A stretch of DNA of 64,000 nt from Pecten maximus. Its lineage: Eukaryota. Numbering within the stretch: position 1 is the first letter of the stretch; each line of letters begins with the position of its first letter. The DNA lies in the NCBI RefSeq assembly GCF_902652985.1, contig NC_047016.1:1488001-1552000 (forward strand). Direction: 5' to 3'. Under the pieces are notes generated by a model. That model made no database searches, was not told where the DNA came from, and saw only the letters and a list, made by a program, of their open reading frames with translations. Positions 63,258-64,000 of the stretch are shown in pieces. The position numbers and the translations under genes were made by a program.

Positions 63258-64000
63258 CTGTAAATAGTAAGGGGTGGTATGTGTTTATACATGAACAGTT
63301 ACCAGTAAATAGTAAGGGGTGGTATGTGTTTATACTGAACAGTTACCTGTAAATAGTAAGGGGTGGTATGTGTTTATACATGAACAGTTACCAGTAAATA
63401 GTAAGGGGTGGTATGTGTTTATACTGAACAGTTACCTGTAAATAGTAAGGGGTGGTATGTGTTTATACTGAACAGTTACCTGTAAATAGTAAGGGGTGGT
63501 ATATGTTTATACTGAACAGTTACCAGTAAATAGTAAGGGGTGGTGTGTGATAGTTTATACTGAACAGTTACCAGTAAATAGTAAGGGGTGGTATGTGTTT
63601 ATACTGAACAGTTACCTGTAAATAGTAAGGGGTGGTATGTGTGTTTATACTGAACAGTTACCTGTAAATAGTAAGGGGTGGTGTGTGACAGTTTATACTG
63701 AACAGTTACCTGTAAATAGTAAGGTGTGGTATGTGATAGTTTATACTGAACAGTTACCTGTAAATAGTAAGGGGTGGTGTGTGAAAGTTTATACTGAACA
63801 GTTACCTGTAAATAGTAAGGGGTGGTATGTGAAAGTTTATACTGAACAGTTACCTGTAAATAGTAAGGTGTGGTATGTGAAAGTTTATACTGAACAGTTA
63901 CCTGTAAATAGTAAGGGGTGGTGTGTGTTTATACTGAAAAGTTACCAGTAAATAGTAAGTTGTGGTATGTGAAAGTTTATACTGAACAGTTACCTGTAAA
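63253..64000 (-). repeat. 44/48-bp minisatellite built from the acceptor of the 62875-63257 exon
   Basis: Minus-strand unit CACATACCACCCCTTACTATTTACAG|GTAACTGTTCAGTATAAA. Confidence 0.93.

Overview
This is eukaryotic, AT-rich, intron-containing DNA. The repeat families and gene structure suggest a bivalve mollusc, possibly a scallop (inference). Genes read by hand: the 3' exons of RABL6 (+); a complete 12-exon CCDC151/ODAD3 (-); a large coiled-coil plus VPS9-domain gene (-), probably spliced to a second exon 8.4 kb away; DR1/NC2-beta (+), whose last exon is duplicated; GCLM (+), with a +1 frameshift at CCC-TGA; and the terminal exon of an unidentified gene (-). About a third of the window is minisatellite, and most long ORFs in the track are artefacts of these arrays. 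Main highlights: (1) a complete 428-bp non-autonomous LTR element (TRIM) with a tRNA-like Pol III promoter in each LTR, a PBS, a PPT and a 4-bp TSD; (2) five minisatellite arrays whose units are copies of a splice junction, plus one that appears seeded by a stop-codon region, giving arrays of decoy donors, decoy acceptors or AG|GT sites; (3) hAT-type elements with 5-bp TSDs and a three-level nested insertion tied to a 1.5-kb duplication. All calls were made by eye and no database searches were run.
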